A stretch of 64,000 nucleotides of DNA, from NCBI GenBank assembly GCA_950097015.1, contig CATNEN010000038.1:24800001-24864000 (forward strand), read 5' to 3'. Positions 49,980-61,171 of this stretch are shown here, in pieces. The position numbers and the translations under genes were made by a program. This stretch comes from Macrostomum hystrix (lineage: Eukaryota; Animalia; Platyhelminthes). How positions within the stretch are numbered: the stretch's first letter is position 1; the number at the start of each line of letters is the position of its first letter. Below the pieces are notes generated by a model. The model saw nothing but the letters and a program-made list of their open reading frames with translations. It did not search any database and was not told the origin of the DNA.

Positions 49980-50244
49980 GCTTTAACCAATAAGTGGCGC
50001 AATAAAAAAATTACATTTAGGCGTTCGGAATAAAGCATTAATCAGTTTTTTACTCGTCCAAGACTCCAACCAAGAGTAAAAACATCGTGATTGAGGCAGG
50101 TCCTCCTTCCCTGAAATTGAGCAATATGTCACATGGCTGGATACACAAGTACTATATACATACATTTATTATGTGACGAACTTTCACGAGGACTGAAGTA
50201 CGACGATACGATTAGCGAGGGGGTGGCGAGATCAAATCGTCATC

Positions 50245-50460
50245 TACAAAACTTTACAACATTCGGTAGAGCAACATGTTAAGCAAGTTATATCAAAAGA
50301 ACAGCTTTGCATCTGCTTCCAACCAAAAGCTGTCACCATTTAAATATGAAAAGTGAAACTTTCCTATCTCCGTAGTGTATTTTTTCGCGGAAACCCGCCT
50401 CTAAATATTTTTTCAAAGAAACTAAGTTTCCCGTCCTTCTACTTCTTGTGCGTGGTCCTT
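50245..50460 (+). repeat. Unclassified interspersed repeat family E, copy 2
   Basis: Homologous to positions 4-205. Confidence 0.75.
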
Positions 50461-50489
50461 GGCGTAGTATGCTTGTCCTGGGCGGTATT

Positions 50490-50577
50490 TGTGTGTGTGC
50501 TCAGGAGTAAACGAAATGGCCAGGCAGAAATGCCTCCTCGCTGGCTGCCAGTTAAGTGTCATCAAATATATTATTGT
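50490..50577 (+). mobile_element. SINE family A 3' fragment
   Basis: gtgtgtgctcaggagt...ggcagaaatgcctcctcgctggctgcc...gtgtcatcaaat matches the sense strand of family A. Confidence 0.65.
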
Positions 50578-51084
50578 TGCTACGTCGATATATTGTGAAG
50601 ACGCAGTTCTGAAGAATGACTATTTAAACAAGCAAACTTAAGTAGCTTAACATACACGAAATTACATTAGCCGTGTAGTGTAACTACTACACATAGTCTG
50701 ATGCAGCGCCGCTAGGAAGAAGCGTACGAAAATAATAAGTTTGTTCTAAACAGCATTGATCTAATTTCAGTAATTTGGAAAATTTTCGAAATTTGAGAAG
50801 CGCAAAAACGAATTGTTTCAATGATATTATGAAATTACGCCTAAAAGTTATCGTGGCTATTAATCGGTTTAACAAATTAAATGGTTTTACAATTTTTGTG
50901 ATGAGCAACATTAGCTTTTCCACTTTTAAAACTTAACTTGTATGAAGATATCTTATCCTATTTAAATTTTTGTTTTGAGTTTGATTGGTTATTGCATTAT
51001 TTTTATTCTTGTAAAAACGTCCACTGGTCGTGACTTCTCCGTTTTGAGGAGTTGCCCAGTTACTTCTCCAAGGCCTAAAAGTTA

Positions 51085-51140
51085 CAAGGACCACTGTAGT
51101 ATAATACACTGTTGGTATAGTTGGTATACAGTGGTCCTTG
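51085..51140. mobile_element. 56-bp micro-MITE, 14-bp perfect TIR, 8-bp near-TSD (hAT- or P-like)
   Basis: CAAGGACCACTGTA...TACAGTGGTCCTTG flanked by AAAAGTTA and AAAAGTGA. Confidence 0.6.
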
Positions 51141-52087
51141 AAAAGTGATAGAGCATAGTCCGCAAACAGTATGAAAAATATGATCCAACTTTACAAGTTA
51201 TTAATTAGTTATAGGCCCCTTAACAGAAGAAAATTATAAGGCTAATGAACTTTTCATTGTTTTAAACCTTGAAAGCAACTTGATACGCACTAAACAATTT
51301 AGTAGCTGTAGGTTTCTTACAGAATCTATTAAGTTACTCAACGGTAACAATTTTAATTTTAATTAATCTTCACTGAATTATCGTGCAATCAATGGCTGCT
51401 AGGCAACAAGAAATATATATATATATATGGTGTATTTTGTCTTATTAGCTTTTCTTGTATTGATATGCAGGCTTTTAATGCTCTTTGTTTATTATTTGAA
51501 AAATTAAATGACGCTTTTTTGTTTTGATGCGTTAACCGAAATTTTGAGAATCTACGGACCTCCCAGTGTGCCCAATGCGAGCCCATGTTTTATACACACC
51601 CAGAATCTACCCTTGACTCGTTAAGCTGTCATCGAGCATTGTCTACTTTGGTGGGCAAGAAGGCTTAACCGACGAGCTTTTTCCAGGCAAGACGAGAGAT
51701 ATTTTAAGCTTTTTTCCCCGTCTAGACCTCTGCCGTCGGGTGGATATGTGTCCTTGTTTTAGAAAATTTTTCAGCTCTGCTTTTAACATTGTGATTGCTC
51801 TGTTTATCCTTGGAATTGAACGAATTAAAGGAAATAAATTAGCCTACACATAATTTTTTTCACTTCAATAGCTTATAGCTAGCTGAGATCACATAGATCA
51901 AAGTGTTGTAATAGAGAGCTATACTTTGAAACGAGCTATACTGAAAGTCGACAGTAATTGTAACATATTTTTTAATAAAACTTGCTAGCAACAAACATAA
52001 ACAATGTGACTGGCATATGTACTGTATGTAGGCCTATACCAACAATCAACTGTAACTGTAACAAACTGTTTGCTTTATAGCTTTATA

Positions 52088-52400
52088 GAGGTTGTAGCCT
52101 AGTGGTTAGGGCGTCGGACTCACGACTTGAAGGTCGGGGGTTCGATTCCCGACTCCCCTGAACAATTTGTGTCCTTTAGCAAGACACTTAACTCTGCATT
52201 GCTTCAGTTCACCCAGCTGTTAAATGGGTACCAGCATCAGCTGGGATAATTGAAGGTGGGTGTGGCGTCCCCCCAGTCAATAGACTGAACAGCTGTACGC
52301 AGCCTTCAGTTGCGCCGCGCATTAGCTGCGGCTGTGCTGTCGGCTGCACATCTGACCCAATTGGGGCAGGTATGTATAATCAATTATTATTATTATTATT
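52088..52400 (+). mobile_element. tRNA-derived CORE-type SINE, family B, full length
   Basis: A box TAGCCTAGTGG, B box GGTTCGATTCC, CORE-like TGTGTCCTTTAGCAAGACACTTAAC...CACCCAGCTGTTAAATGGGTACC and (ATT)n tail. Homologous copies occur elsewhere in the window. Confidence 0.85.
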
Positions 52401-53742
52401 AATTGCTTTATGCATAGGCCTATCTAATAAAGCTACTGTTAGCTAGCTACTCGATTATTTGTTAATAGTTTTGAGATCCTAAAAGTCTAGCCTATTCTTT
52501 TTTATAAACAAAAATTCTATAGTTCTATTAGGACCTAAAATCCATGGCCTAATCCTCAACTTAGTCGCTCAAGTTAAAACAGTTTTTAAACTGGTGTTGT
52601 GCTTCTTCACAAATTGACTGGGGCTAGGCCTGTTAAAAATGCAATATTGAATTACTTATGCTATGCATTTAAATTTAAATTTTTAATTAGATTTCTTACA
52701 TGATATGAGAGCTTAAAATTTTAAACTATTTTTTACTTTCAATCAGAAGCTTACTAATCATTTTAGAATTTCAGATAATGAGATAACTGTAAAATGAGAA
52801 TACTAATTATGATAGTTAAAGTTGCTAGCTTTACAAATCAAATGAATAGAAATGAAAAAAATCAATCTACAGTATTCCATTTACTTAGATTAACAATGCA
52901 TTTCACACAAAATTGTGCATCTTTAGATTTATTTAAAATATAAGTAACATGTAGAGATTGCAATTGAAAAATTTTTTGAGGTAGAAATTTAATAGATCAT
53001 TTGTTGGTACATATTGCTTGACTCATCTCATGTGAGCATTTGCTTGCATGTGGTATTTGTGTATGTGTGTGCTTAGGAGTCAGTGGAACTTTTTGAGTTA
53101 TTAGTATAGTCTTTTATTTACTGTGGCCATTTCTCCTCTTGATCTGGGCATTAACAATGGAGGTTTACAGCTTTCACAGTCTTAATATTTTCATAATTCT
53201 TTTAAATTTCTTCTTTAGGTATAAATCTTGGAATGTTTTTAAGGAACTCTTAAGTCAGAAGATATGTATCAAACATGTTATTAAATGCTAGAATTTGTGC
53301 AACATTATTCTCATTTGTTTCTTTGCCTTCTATTTATTGTCTTCATTTAAACAACTGTGCAAATAAAAAATTGATGGCCATTAAAACAAATTATTTGCCT
53401 ATTAGTTATTTTTTATGTTTTTAGTAGCCACATTTTCTATGTGGCTACATAGCCACATAGGTTATTAAGGTTACATGAAGGCCACATGAAGCCACATGAA
53501 GGTTATTAAGGTTAAATATCTAGCTATGGTTTCATAGCCATCTTAGGCAACCCTGGAATTTAAGTGGCCTTGTGAATTTTGGCGATCGATTGTGTAAACC
53601 AGCTTCCCCTTTTTTCTGCTAATTTTCCCAGAACTCTTAATTATTAAGTAGCTCTGACCATTTATTTAATTTTCAGATAGTTTTTCTCATAAAGTACAAA
53701 CAATTGACAATCGTTTCAAAGGATTTTGCTAGATAGACAAAA

Positions 53743-54216
53743 ATGTCTACAAACGCGGCCAGCCCAGTCAGTGCCGAGCTAGATGAAGAAGCAAAGCTTC
53801 GCCAGAAATATCCCAATTTGAGTCGCAAAGGTATCGGCACCGCGGCACTTCAGAAAAGGCTCAGCAGCAAAGGTCACAAGTACTTCGACAGCGGCGACTA
53901 TAATATGGCCCGGGCCAAGATGCCTAATCAGCAGCAGGCGCCACACCAGGCTACTGAGTCAAGCGACTCAAATTCCAAGAACGATGACGTCACGGATGCT
54001 GGTACAGTTGACACTCCCGCGCATCTCTTGGAAGAAGTCACTGGCGATACGATAGCCACGCCGGATAATATCCCCGTGCCGACTGGTCGAAAGAGGTCAC
54101 TAACCGGGGGTCAAATTGATTTGCCGCATCAGATTACTCACCCAGATGCTACCGTTGTTGAGCAGCATCAGCAGCAGCAGGCCGTGAATCGACTGGCTTC
54201 AAAAGAGATGGATTAA
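53743..54216 (+). CDS. ENSA: Alpha-endosulfine/ARPP-19 family PP2A-B55 inhibitor
   Basis: Single-exon ORF of 157 aa with EEAKLRQKYP, LQKRL and the Greatwall site KYFDSGDYNM. Upstream acceptor ttttcag ends at 53676; AATAAA near 54290. Confidence 0.93.
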   Translation: MSTNAASPVSAELDEEAKLRQKYPNLSRKGIGTAALQKRLSSKGHKYFDSGDYNMARAKMPNQQQAPHQATESSDSNSKNDDVTDAGTVDTPAHLLEEVTGDTIATPDNIPVPTGRKRSLTGGQIDLPHQITHPDATVVEQHQQQQAVNRLASKEMD

Positions 54217-54489
54217 TATCTATGGTAATCGCTTATGATTCTGTAACAAACCGTCATTCATCTCGACTCTTGATCATCTTTTTATAAATAAAATAATAAT
54301 GAACTACACAGTTAGTTGAATGTTGTACGCTTCGGGGTATGGAGTGAGGTTTGTGAATCTAGATTTAAGGAAGTGAGGAAGGTATTGGTGGGATATTTGA
54401 CTTAATTGACTTAGCTGCCAGGCGGTCAGAAGACGCAGCGAGTAGGGGCGTGTCGTTCATATCGCTAATCTTTGAAAAAGCTGGGGCAG

Positions 54490-54890
54490 CGAGTGAGTGA
54501 GGTGTGTGTAGCTGGGTAGGGATTGAGGTTGGTGTGCCTTGGGTATGGAGTGAGGTGGGTGTAGCTGTGTTAGGGAGTGAGGTTGGTGTGCCTTTGGAAT
54601 GGAGTGAGGTGGGTGTAGCTGTGTTAGGGAGTGAGGTTGGTGTGCCTCGGGTATGGAGTGAGGTGGGTGTAGCTGTGTTAGGGAGTGAGGTTGGTGTGCC
54701 TGGGGTATGGAGTGAGGTGGGTGTAGCTGGGGTAGAGAATGCAGTGGGTGTGCCTCGTGGTCGTGTATGTAGTGAGGTGGGTGTAGCTGTGTTTGGGAAT
54801 GAGGTTGGTGTGCCTGGCGTATGGAGTGAGGTGGGTGTAGCTGGGGTAGAGATTGAGGTGGTGGTGCCTCGGGTATGGAGTGAGGTGGGT
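54490..54890. repeat. 54-bp G-rich minisatellite (dimeric substructure)
   Basis: Unit ggagtgaggtgggtgtagctgtgttagggagtgaggttggtgtgcctcgggtat. Confidence 0.88.
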
Positions 54891-55554
54891 TTATCATGGG
54901 AGGTAATGGGGTAGGTATATATGTCTTAACTTTTTGTACTCTATCGATTTCTTACAAATTTTTACTATGTCTTCCGTATTGGAGTCAGCTCATTCCAAAG
55001 CACATTGTATTGTAATGTTTTGAATTCAGAACAAGCAAAGAAACATTGACTCCAATACAGGATCCAAATAATGTGCAATTATTAAACTCATTCGTAAAAA
55101 ATCTATATTGGCCTTTTATTCTCCAGCGATTTAATTTTCTAGTGGCCCAATATTGCCATTATTGCATTGTAAATTGCTCTCGGTATCCTATTGAAAATAA
55201 TATTTGATCAAAATTTGGAAATGCCAGCTAACAGTTTAAGATATCGAGTAGTTTTACTAGTTTTTCTTTTTTTGCATTGGTTCTGGCCACAGTGTTTTTT
55301 CATATTAATCAAACTTTAAACTTCCATTTTGTAAAATAGTCGCGTCTTTCCATTCTGATATTTATACATTTTTCTAAAGCTACGTTTTTACATCCCTATA
55401 ATCAGTGAACCTAGCACTCTTAATAAACAATTTTTGTTTCTATTAAGCATGTCTGCTGTTGTGTTTTATTACGTTTCTTATCGAAGCGCAGAATTTTTCT
55501 TCAAGATTAGCGCCACATTGCAAAAAGGGGATTATCGCTGATGATCAAGTGAGT

Positions 55555-55770
55555 TATAGGGCAGGGAGTGAGGTGGGTGGGTTTTAGGGCAGGGAGTGAG
55601 TAGGGTGGGATTTAGGGCAGGGAGTGAGGTGGACGGGTTTTCGGGCAGGGAGTGAGGTGGGTGGGTTATGGGGCAGGGAGTGAGGTGGATGGGTTTTCGG
55701 GCAGGGAGTGAGGTGGGTGGGTTTTAGGGCAGGGAGTGAGGTGGGTGGGTTTTCGGGCAGGGAGTTAAGT
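55555..55770. repeat. 28-bp G-rich minisatellite
   Basis: Unit agggcagggagtgaggtgggtgggtttt, ~7.5 copies. Confidence 0.9.
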
Positions 55771-56478
55771 AGGCGTAAAAATGCTTAACAGACACTATTA
55801 GACGAAAAATTGTCTATATTGTAAAATCGATCTTTTTCACTACCTTTTTCAAGTCAAAATATATTTTACAATCTACTTGATTGCTTTATTGACTAAACGT
55901 GAATTATTTTTATGAAAATAAACTATGCGTAAAATGAGTTTCAATTGAGCGCTTAAAAGGCTATTTTAAAAAAATATTAATTTTTTGGTTGAGTTAAAGT
56001 ACTTGTAGCTTTTCAGCTTGTCTGCTGAGTAAAGTAGATTTTAAACCTAAAACTGTCTTGTTATTAAAAAATATTAACTTTTTCAAAATAACACATATTT
56101 CTAACTACTTACGGTGGGAGATACTGTATATAAACTGTTATTAAGCAAAAAACATTGTTTAATAAAAATGTCTCTACAAAGTCAGTACTGAAGTCATCGT
56201 TCGAATTGCACATCACAACAAATTTTAGTAGCGTCAAAGCCGACGCTCTACTGTCAGGAGATACTTTGGGTTGTCAGGAGAGACGCTGTGGTGTCAGCAG
56301 AGACGTGGTGTCCGGTGAAACGTGTTTTCAGGACAGATTTTATGGTGTGAGGAGAGACATTGTGCCAGGAGAGCCGCTGTGATGTCAGGAGAGTCGTAGC
56401 GGTGTCAGCAGAGACGCTGTGGTGTCAAGAGAGTCGCAGCGGTGTCAGGAGAAAACTATGGAGTAAACGTGGTTCTGT

Positions 56479-59400
56479 TTAGTCAAACTCCAACTTGCTG
56501 CTCGGCGTCGCAGAGCTCGAGTGTGTTACGTCGCAGATGCTGCAGGCTTCGCTGTCGGATTTGTCGTTTTGACCGGCCGAATCGACTCTCAGGCCTTGTC
56601 TGTGCCTGTTAATCCGACTTCTACTGTTGTCGCCGATTTCTTCAAAGTTGAATATGTCGCTGCCTGATTCGCTACTAGACGGGGGCAGTCTAGAACGCAA
56701 CTGGTTGGTTGAATTGGTCGACTTCAGCGCCGCAGCCGTTGCACCGTCGGCGAAGCTGGCTTCATTCTCGCTGAGCTTTTTGTGACAGGCGCGGCACACC
56801 CGCAGCGGCTTTGTACCTTGGCCTGGCAGGGTACATCGACCCGTGGAACAGGCACCGCAGACAAGGCTGCCGCATTTCCGGCAATGGTGCTGCAGTGAGG
56901 GGGGAGGCGCGCGGTTGAATCTAACTGGACCATTGTCTAGGCAACATCTGTCTAACGGATCTGTCTAACGAATTCTGTCTAACGGAATCTATCTAACGGT
57001 TCTGTCTAACGGATCTGTCTAACGGAAACTGTCCAACGGAATCTGTCTAACAGGATCTGTCTAACGGATCTGTCTTACGAATCTGTCCAACGGGATCTGT
57101 CTAACGGGGTCTGTCTAACGGATCTATCTAACGAGATCTGTCTAACGGAAACTGTCCAACGGAATCTGTCTAACAGGATCTGTCTAACGGATCTGTCTAA
57201 CGAATCTGTCCAACGGGATCTGTCTAACGGGATCTGTCTAACGGGATCTGTCTAATGGATCTGGCTAACGGATCTATCTAACGAAATCTGTCTTACGGAT
57301 CTGTCTAACAGGATCTGTCTAACAGGATGTGTCTAAAAGGATCTGTCTAACATGATGTGTCTAACAGGATCTGTCTAACATGATGTGTTTCACAGGATCT
57401 GTCTAACAGGATGTGTCTAACAGGATCTGCATAACAAGATATTCTAACGTAAATAGTGTAACGGTTTTATAAAACATTTGCTAAACAATAATTCTAACAA
57501 GATATCGGTTAACATTTATAAATAAGAAAGAAAAAATCAATCCTATATTTAAATTTCTCGGATCTTTTTATAACATTCTTGAGAGAAAGCTATTTAAACC
57601 CTTATTTAAAATTCCCTTTGCAATGTCCTGTTGTCTTGTCGTAATAACTTTCGTTACCCAATGCGAAATGTTTACAAAACGAAGTCGCTACTGATAATTT
57701 TAAACAGTCTGATTTGCTTTTATTGTAGCAAATTTAGTTTTACTCCGGACATTGCTTATCTTTTAAATCAATTTCACTTGTTTTATAAAAAATTTGCCTA
57801 GGTTTACATTATTTCATTGGCTATACGTACAGTATACAAGTGCATGTACATGTGCCAGTCTTGGCACTGTCGTGAAGTTGGTTTTCAAAACTAAAACAAT
57901 CATGGGCCAATTTTGCATTTGCCAAGTTCAGTTTAAGGCCGTACAAGTTGTCTAAGTCATTTGATAACTACTTTTAATAACACGTGTTGCTAGATTTTAG
58001 ATTCGATGTAAAAATCTAGTGATTTGAAGTGTTGGTAGGTCGTATTAGGTGAGATGGGGTGTCAGAATCGTGTGAGATGGGCTGTCAGAATTGTTTGCGA
58101 TGGGGTGTCAGAATTGTGTGCGATGGGGTGTCAGAATTGTGTGAGATGGGGTGTCAGAATTGTGTGCGATGGGGTATCAGAATTGTGTGAGATGGGCTGT
58201 CAGAATTGTGTGCGATGGGGTGTCAGAATCGTGTGAGATGGGCTGTCAGAATCGTGTGAGATGGGCTGTCAGAATCGTGTGAGATGGGCTGTCAGAATCG
58301 TGTGAGATGGGCTGTCAGAATCGTGTGAGATGGGCTGTCAGAATCGTGTGAGATGGGCTGTCAGAATCGTGTGAGATGGGCTGTCAGAATCGTGTGAGAT
58401 GGGCTGTCAGAATCGTGTGAGATGGGCTGTCAGAATCGTGTTAGATGGGCTGTCAGAATCGTGTGAGATGGGGTGTCAGAATTGTGTGAGATGGGCTGTC
58501 AGAATCGTGTGCGATGGGGTGTCAGAACCAGGTGAGATGGGGTGTCAGAATTGTGTGCGATGGGCTGTCAGAATCGTGTGCGATGGGGTGTCAGAACCAG
58601 GTGAGATGGGGTGTCAGAATCGTGTGCGATGGGGTGTCAGAACCAGGTGAGATGGGGTGTCAGAATTGTGTGAGATGGGCTGTCAGAATCGTGTGAGATG
58701 GGCTGTCAGAATCGTGTGAGATGGGCTGTCAGAATCGTGTGAGATGGGCTGTCAGAATCGTGTGAGATGGGCTGTCAGAATCGTGTGAGATGGGGTGTCA
58801 GAACCAGGTGAGATGGGGTGTCAGAATTGTGTGGGATGGGGTGTCAGAATCGTGTGCGATGGGGTGTCAGAATTGTGTGAGATGGGATGTCAGAATCGTG
58901 TGAGATGGGGTGTCAGAACCAGGTGAGATTGGTCTCTGAAATGCTCACCCTTCTATTAACAAAGCTGAACTTCTCCGAGCAGGACATGCACGCGGAGTGC
59001 TGATTGTCGGGCACCCACACCGGCGACATGTCGCGGCTTAAGGTTGTGCAGCCCTGCCATAACCCGCCACTGCCATTGGCTTGGTCGGCTGCCTTTACGG
59101 CAACGTTGACTCCGCTGCAGCGAGCGACGCAACGCCTGATACAGTCGATCCACTTTGCGGCCTCCTGCTGTGTGTTTGTCCTAACAGCGAACGACTTCGT
59201 CTTGGAGATGATCTGGTGGTTTAGAGGGTTGCCTGTTCCGCTGCTGTTCTGATTAACTCAGTATCCCATTTCCACTCAAGATCCCGTTTCAGCTCAATAT
59301 CCCGTTTCAACTTAAGATCCCATTTCAACTCAATATCCCATTTCCATTCAAGATCCCATTTCAACTCAATATCCCATTTCAACTTAAGATCCCATTTCAA

Positions 59401-60136
59401 CTTAAGATCCCATTTCAACTCAAAGATCCCATCTCACCTCGAAGGTCGGTCGGTCGGACTCCACCATCCGCGCCGCCAAGCAGTCCAGATCGTGAACGCG
59501 CTGTTTCGTCAGCCGTCTCGAGCCGCTGGCAACTCCCGGACTGCCGTAGACTAGTAGGTCGTTGAACAAGAAGAAGTGCCGCTTCTTTGGTCTCTTCCGG
59601 CAGATCTTCACTAGCACGCCCTCGGCCAGGAGGACCCGGCCGCGGAGAAGCAGCGGGTGGCTTTCGTTGCCAAATCTTAATTCGATTTGCCTGACTCGGT
59701 CGATGTTGACGTTGGTGAGGGCTGCGGGAGCATAAAAATATTGCCTAGTTGCCGCGCCTTTCTTTAAAATGCGCTTAAAAAACAGTAGAAAGACCACGAC
59801 TTTTCCCCGCGGGACCTTCAACAAACTTTTAGCCCGTGTTCTGGATTTCCATGGCGATTGGTTGAATATTTTGGGAGATACAGAAAACTAGAAAATTTGG
59901 GTTTTCATCCCCCGGTGATCTTTCTACTGATAAAGAACTTACTCGTTTTTCTTAATTGGGTTGAGATTCGAACTCCAGACCTCTCTTGGTCAGAAGTCCG
60001 GAGCTCAAACCACTGCGCTACAAAAATTCTTGAGTTGACATGCATTCATGATTTAGAAGAAATTTTATGTTGAAATGGCGCGAGTTTTAATAAGCGTATT
60101 CAACTTACATAGCGCGTCAAAGTCTTGCGCGATCAT
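56479..60136 (-). CDS. PLEKHF2: PH+FYVE protein phafin (PLEKHF1/2 family), 4 exons, ~340 aa
   Basis: Exons 60136-60109, 59721-59438, 59248-58949, 56889-56479; GT-AG and in phase. PH region GRVLLAEGVLVKICRKRPKKRHFFLFNDLLVYG; FYVE motifs WVPD, RRHHCRKCG and RVC. Confidence 0.92.
56945..57430. repeat. 13-14-bp minisatellite in PLEKHF intron 3
   Basis: Unit ggatctgtctaac(a/g). Confidence 0.9.
58050..58928. repeat. 23-bp minisatellite in PLEKHF intron 3
   Basis: Unit gagatggg(c/g)tgtcagaat(c/t)gtgt, ~38 copies. Confidence 0.93.
59258..59437. repeat. 18-bp minisatellite making up nearly all of PLEKHF intron 2
   Basis: Unit (minus strand) gttgaaatgggatcttaa, ~10 copies. Confidence 0.88.
59955..60020 (-). 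mobile_element. Isolated tRNA-like SINE head fragment
   Basis: Reverse complement reads gtagcgcagtggtttgagc...ggagttcgaatctc (A and B boxes); no complete cloverleaf. Confidence 0.45.
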
Positions 60137-60619
60137 TTTGTCTGCCTTGCTTTCCGTTTTGTTACTAGATATAGAATCTTTCACTCGGAAAATTGAATTC
60201 GCGCGAAATGTAGTATTTAGCTAGAGATTTTTCCGGCTTTGTCTATGACGCTTCAAGGAAAGCGTAAAGCAAACATATACTAGAAATGTTTAAAGGGTTT
60301 AAAAATAAAATCAATGTTTAGTCTGTCCCAGAAAAACAAATATGTGAACCTTTCTTAAAACTTTTAAGTTTTGTTTTAGTAAATTTGTCTAAAAACGATG
60401 AATTTGCAAAGCTTACTAGTAGGCAAGTGTCCTGCATTATAAAAACGGTTATCTATTTAAACCTTATGAAATAAAATGTATTATGAAAATGTATATTATT
60501 ATTATAGTAAACTCGTCGATTTAATATACAATTATGAATTATGGATAAAGTAAATTAGCAGCAGAAAGATCACGCTATATTTCCCCCCTGGTGAAAGACC
60601 AGCTGGGGCTATTTCAAAT

Positions 60620-60918
60620 ACCCTATTTCAAATACTGCCCACTTTATGGTAGCTCCCCAACCGAATGACCGACTTTTGTGAATGGTTACATGATGACATT
60701 TTCTGAGCAAAGAATTTATGCATGTATAGTGGTGTATCTTGCCAACAGATACCCCGTCGAGAATCTTTGAATATCTCGATGATATCAATGTGATTCAGAA
60801 AGTTGTTTCATCGGATAAAGCGGAAAACTTTCGTCTGTACGTTCTGGATTTTAATGACGATTGTTTGAATATTTTAGGAGATACAAAAGAAAAAATAAGG
60901 TGGGTATTTTGAGATAAC
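60620..60918. repeat. Unclassified interspersed repeat family D (MITE-like); fragments also at ~41205-41340, ~43030-43080 and ~59835-59890
   Basis: Shared blocks ctccc.aaccgaatgaccga and gttctggattt..atg.cgattg.ttgaatattt..ggagataca; rough inverted ends. Confidence 0.5.
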
Positions 60919-61171
60919 ATGTGGTCCTTCGTAGTTTTTATTCTCCTAATATTTCCGATATGGACCCGATTTCCTGACAGACGTTGATGAAATTAGGAAG
61001 TTAATTAGCAAGTAGCTCTGGTAAAAATAAACAGATAATTTAGGAAAACGAATGTGACTAAAATTTCTGTACAATATGAATTTTAGGACAACTGGACGCA
61101 AACTTAATTAGCAAAAGGAGAAAAAATTGATTTGGCTACTGAGATTTCAGGAAATGTCCCTTCAATAAGAA

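Noticed and set aside
52088-52160. tRNA gene (CAC anticodon-like loop)
   Set aside because: The acceptor and anticodon stems are imperfect, and it continues into a CORE-type SINE body present in several copies.
54976-55058. 12-bp inverted repeat GTATTGGAGTCA/TGACTCCAATAC
   Set aside because: No TSD and no second copy in the window; cannot be distinguished from a chance hairpin or old relic.
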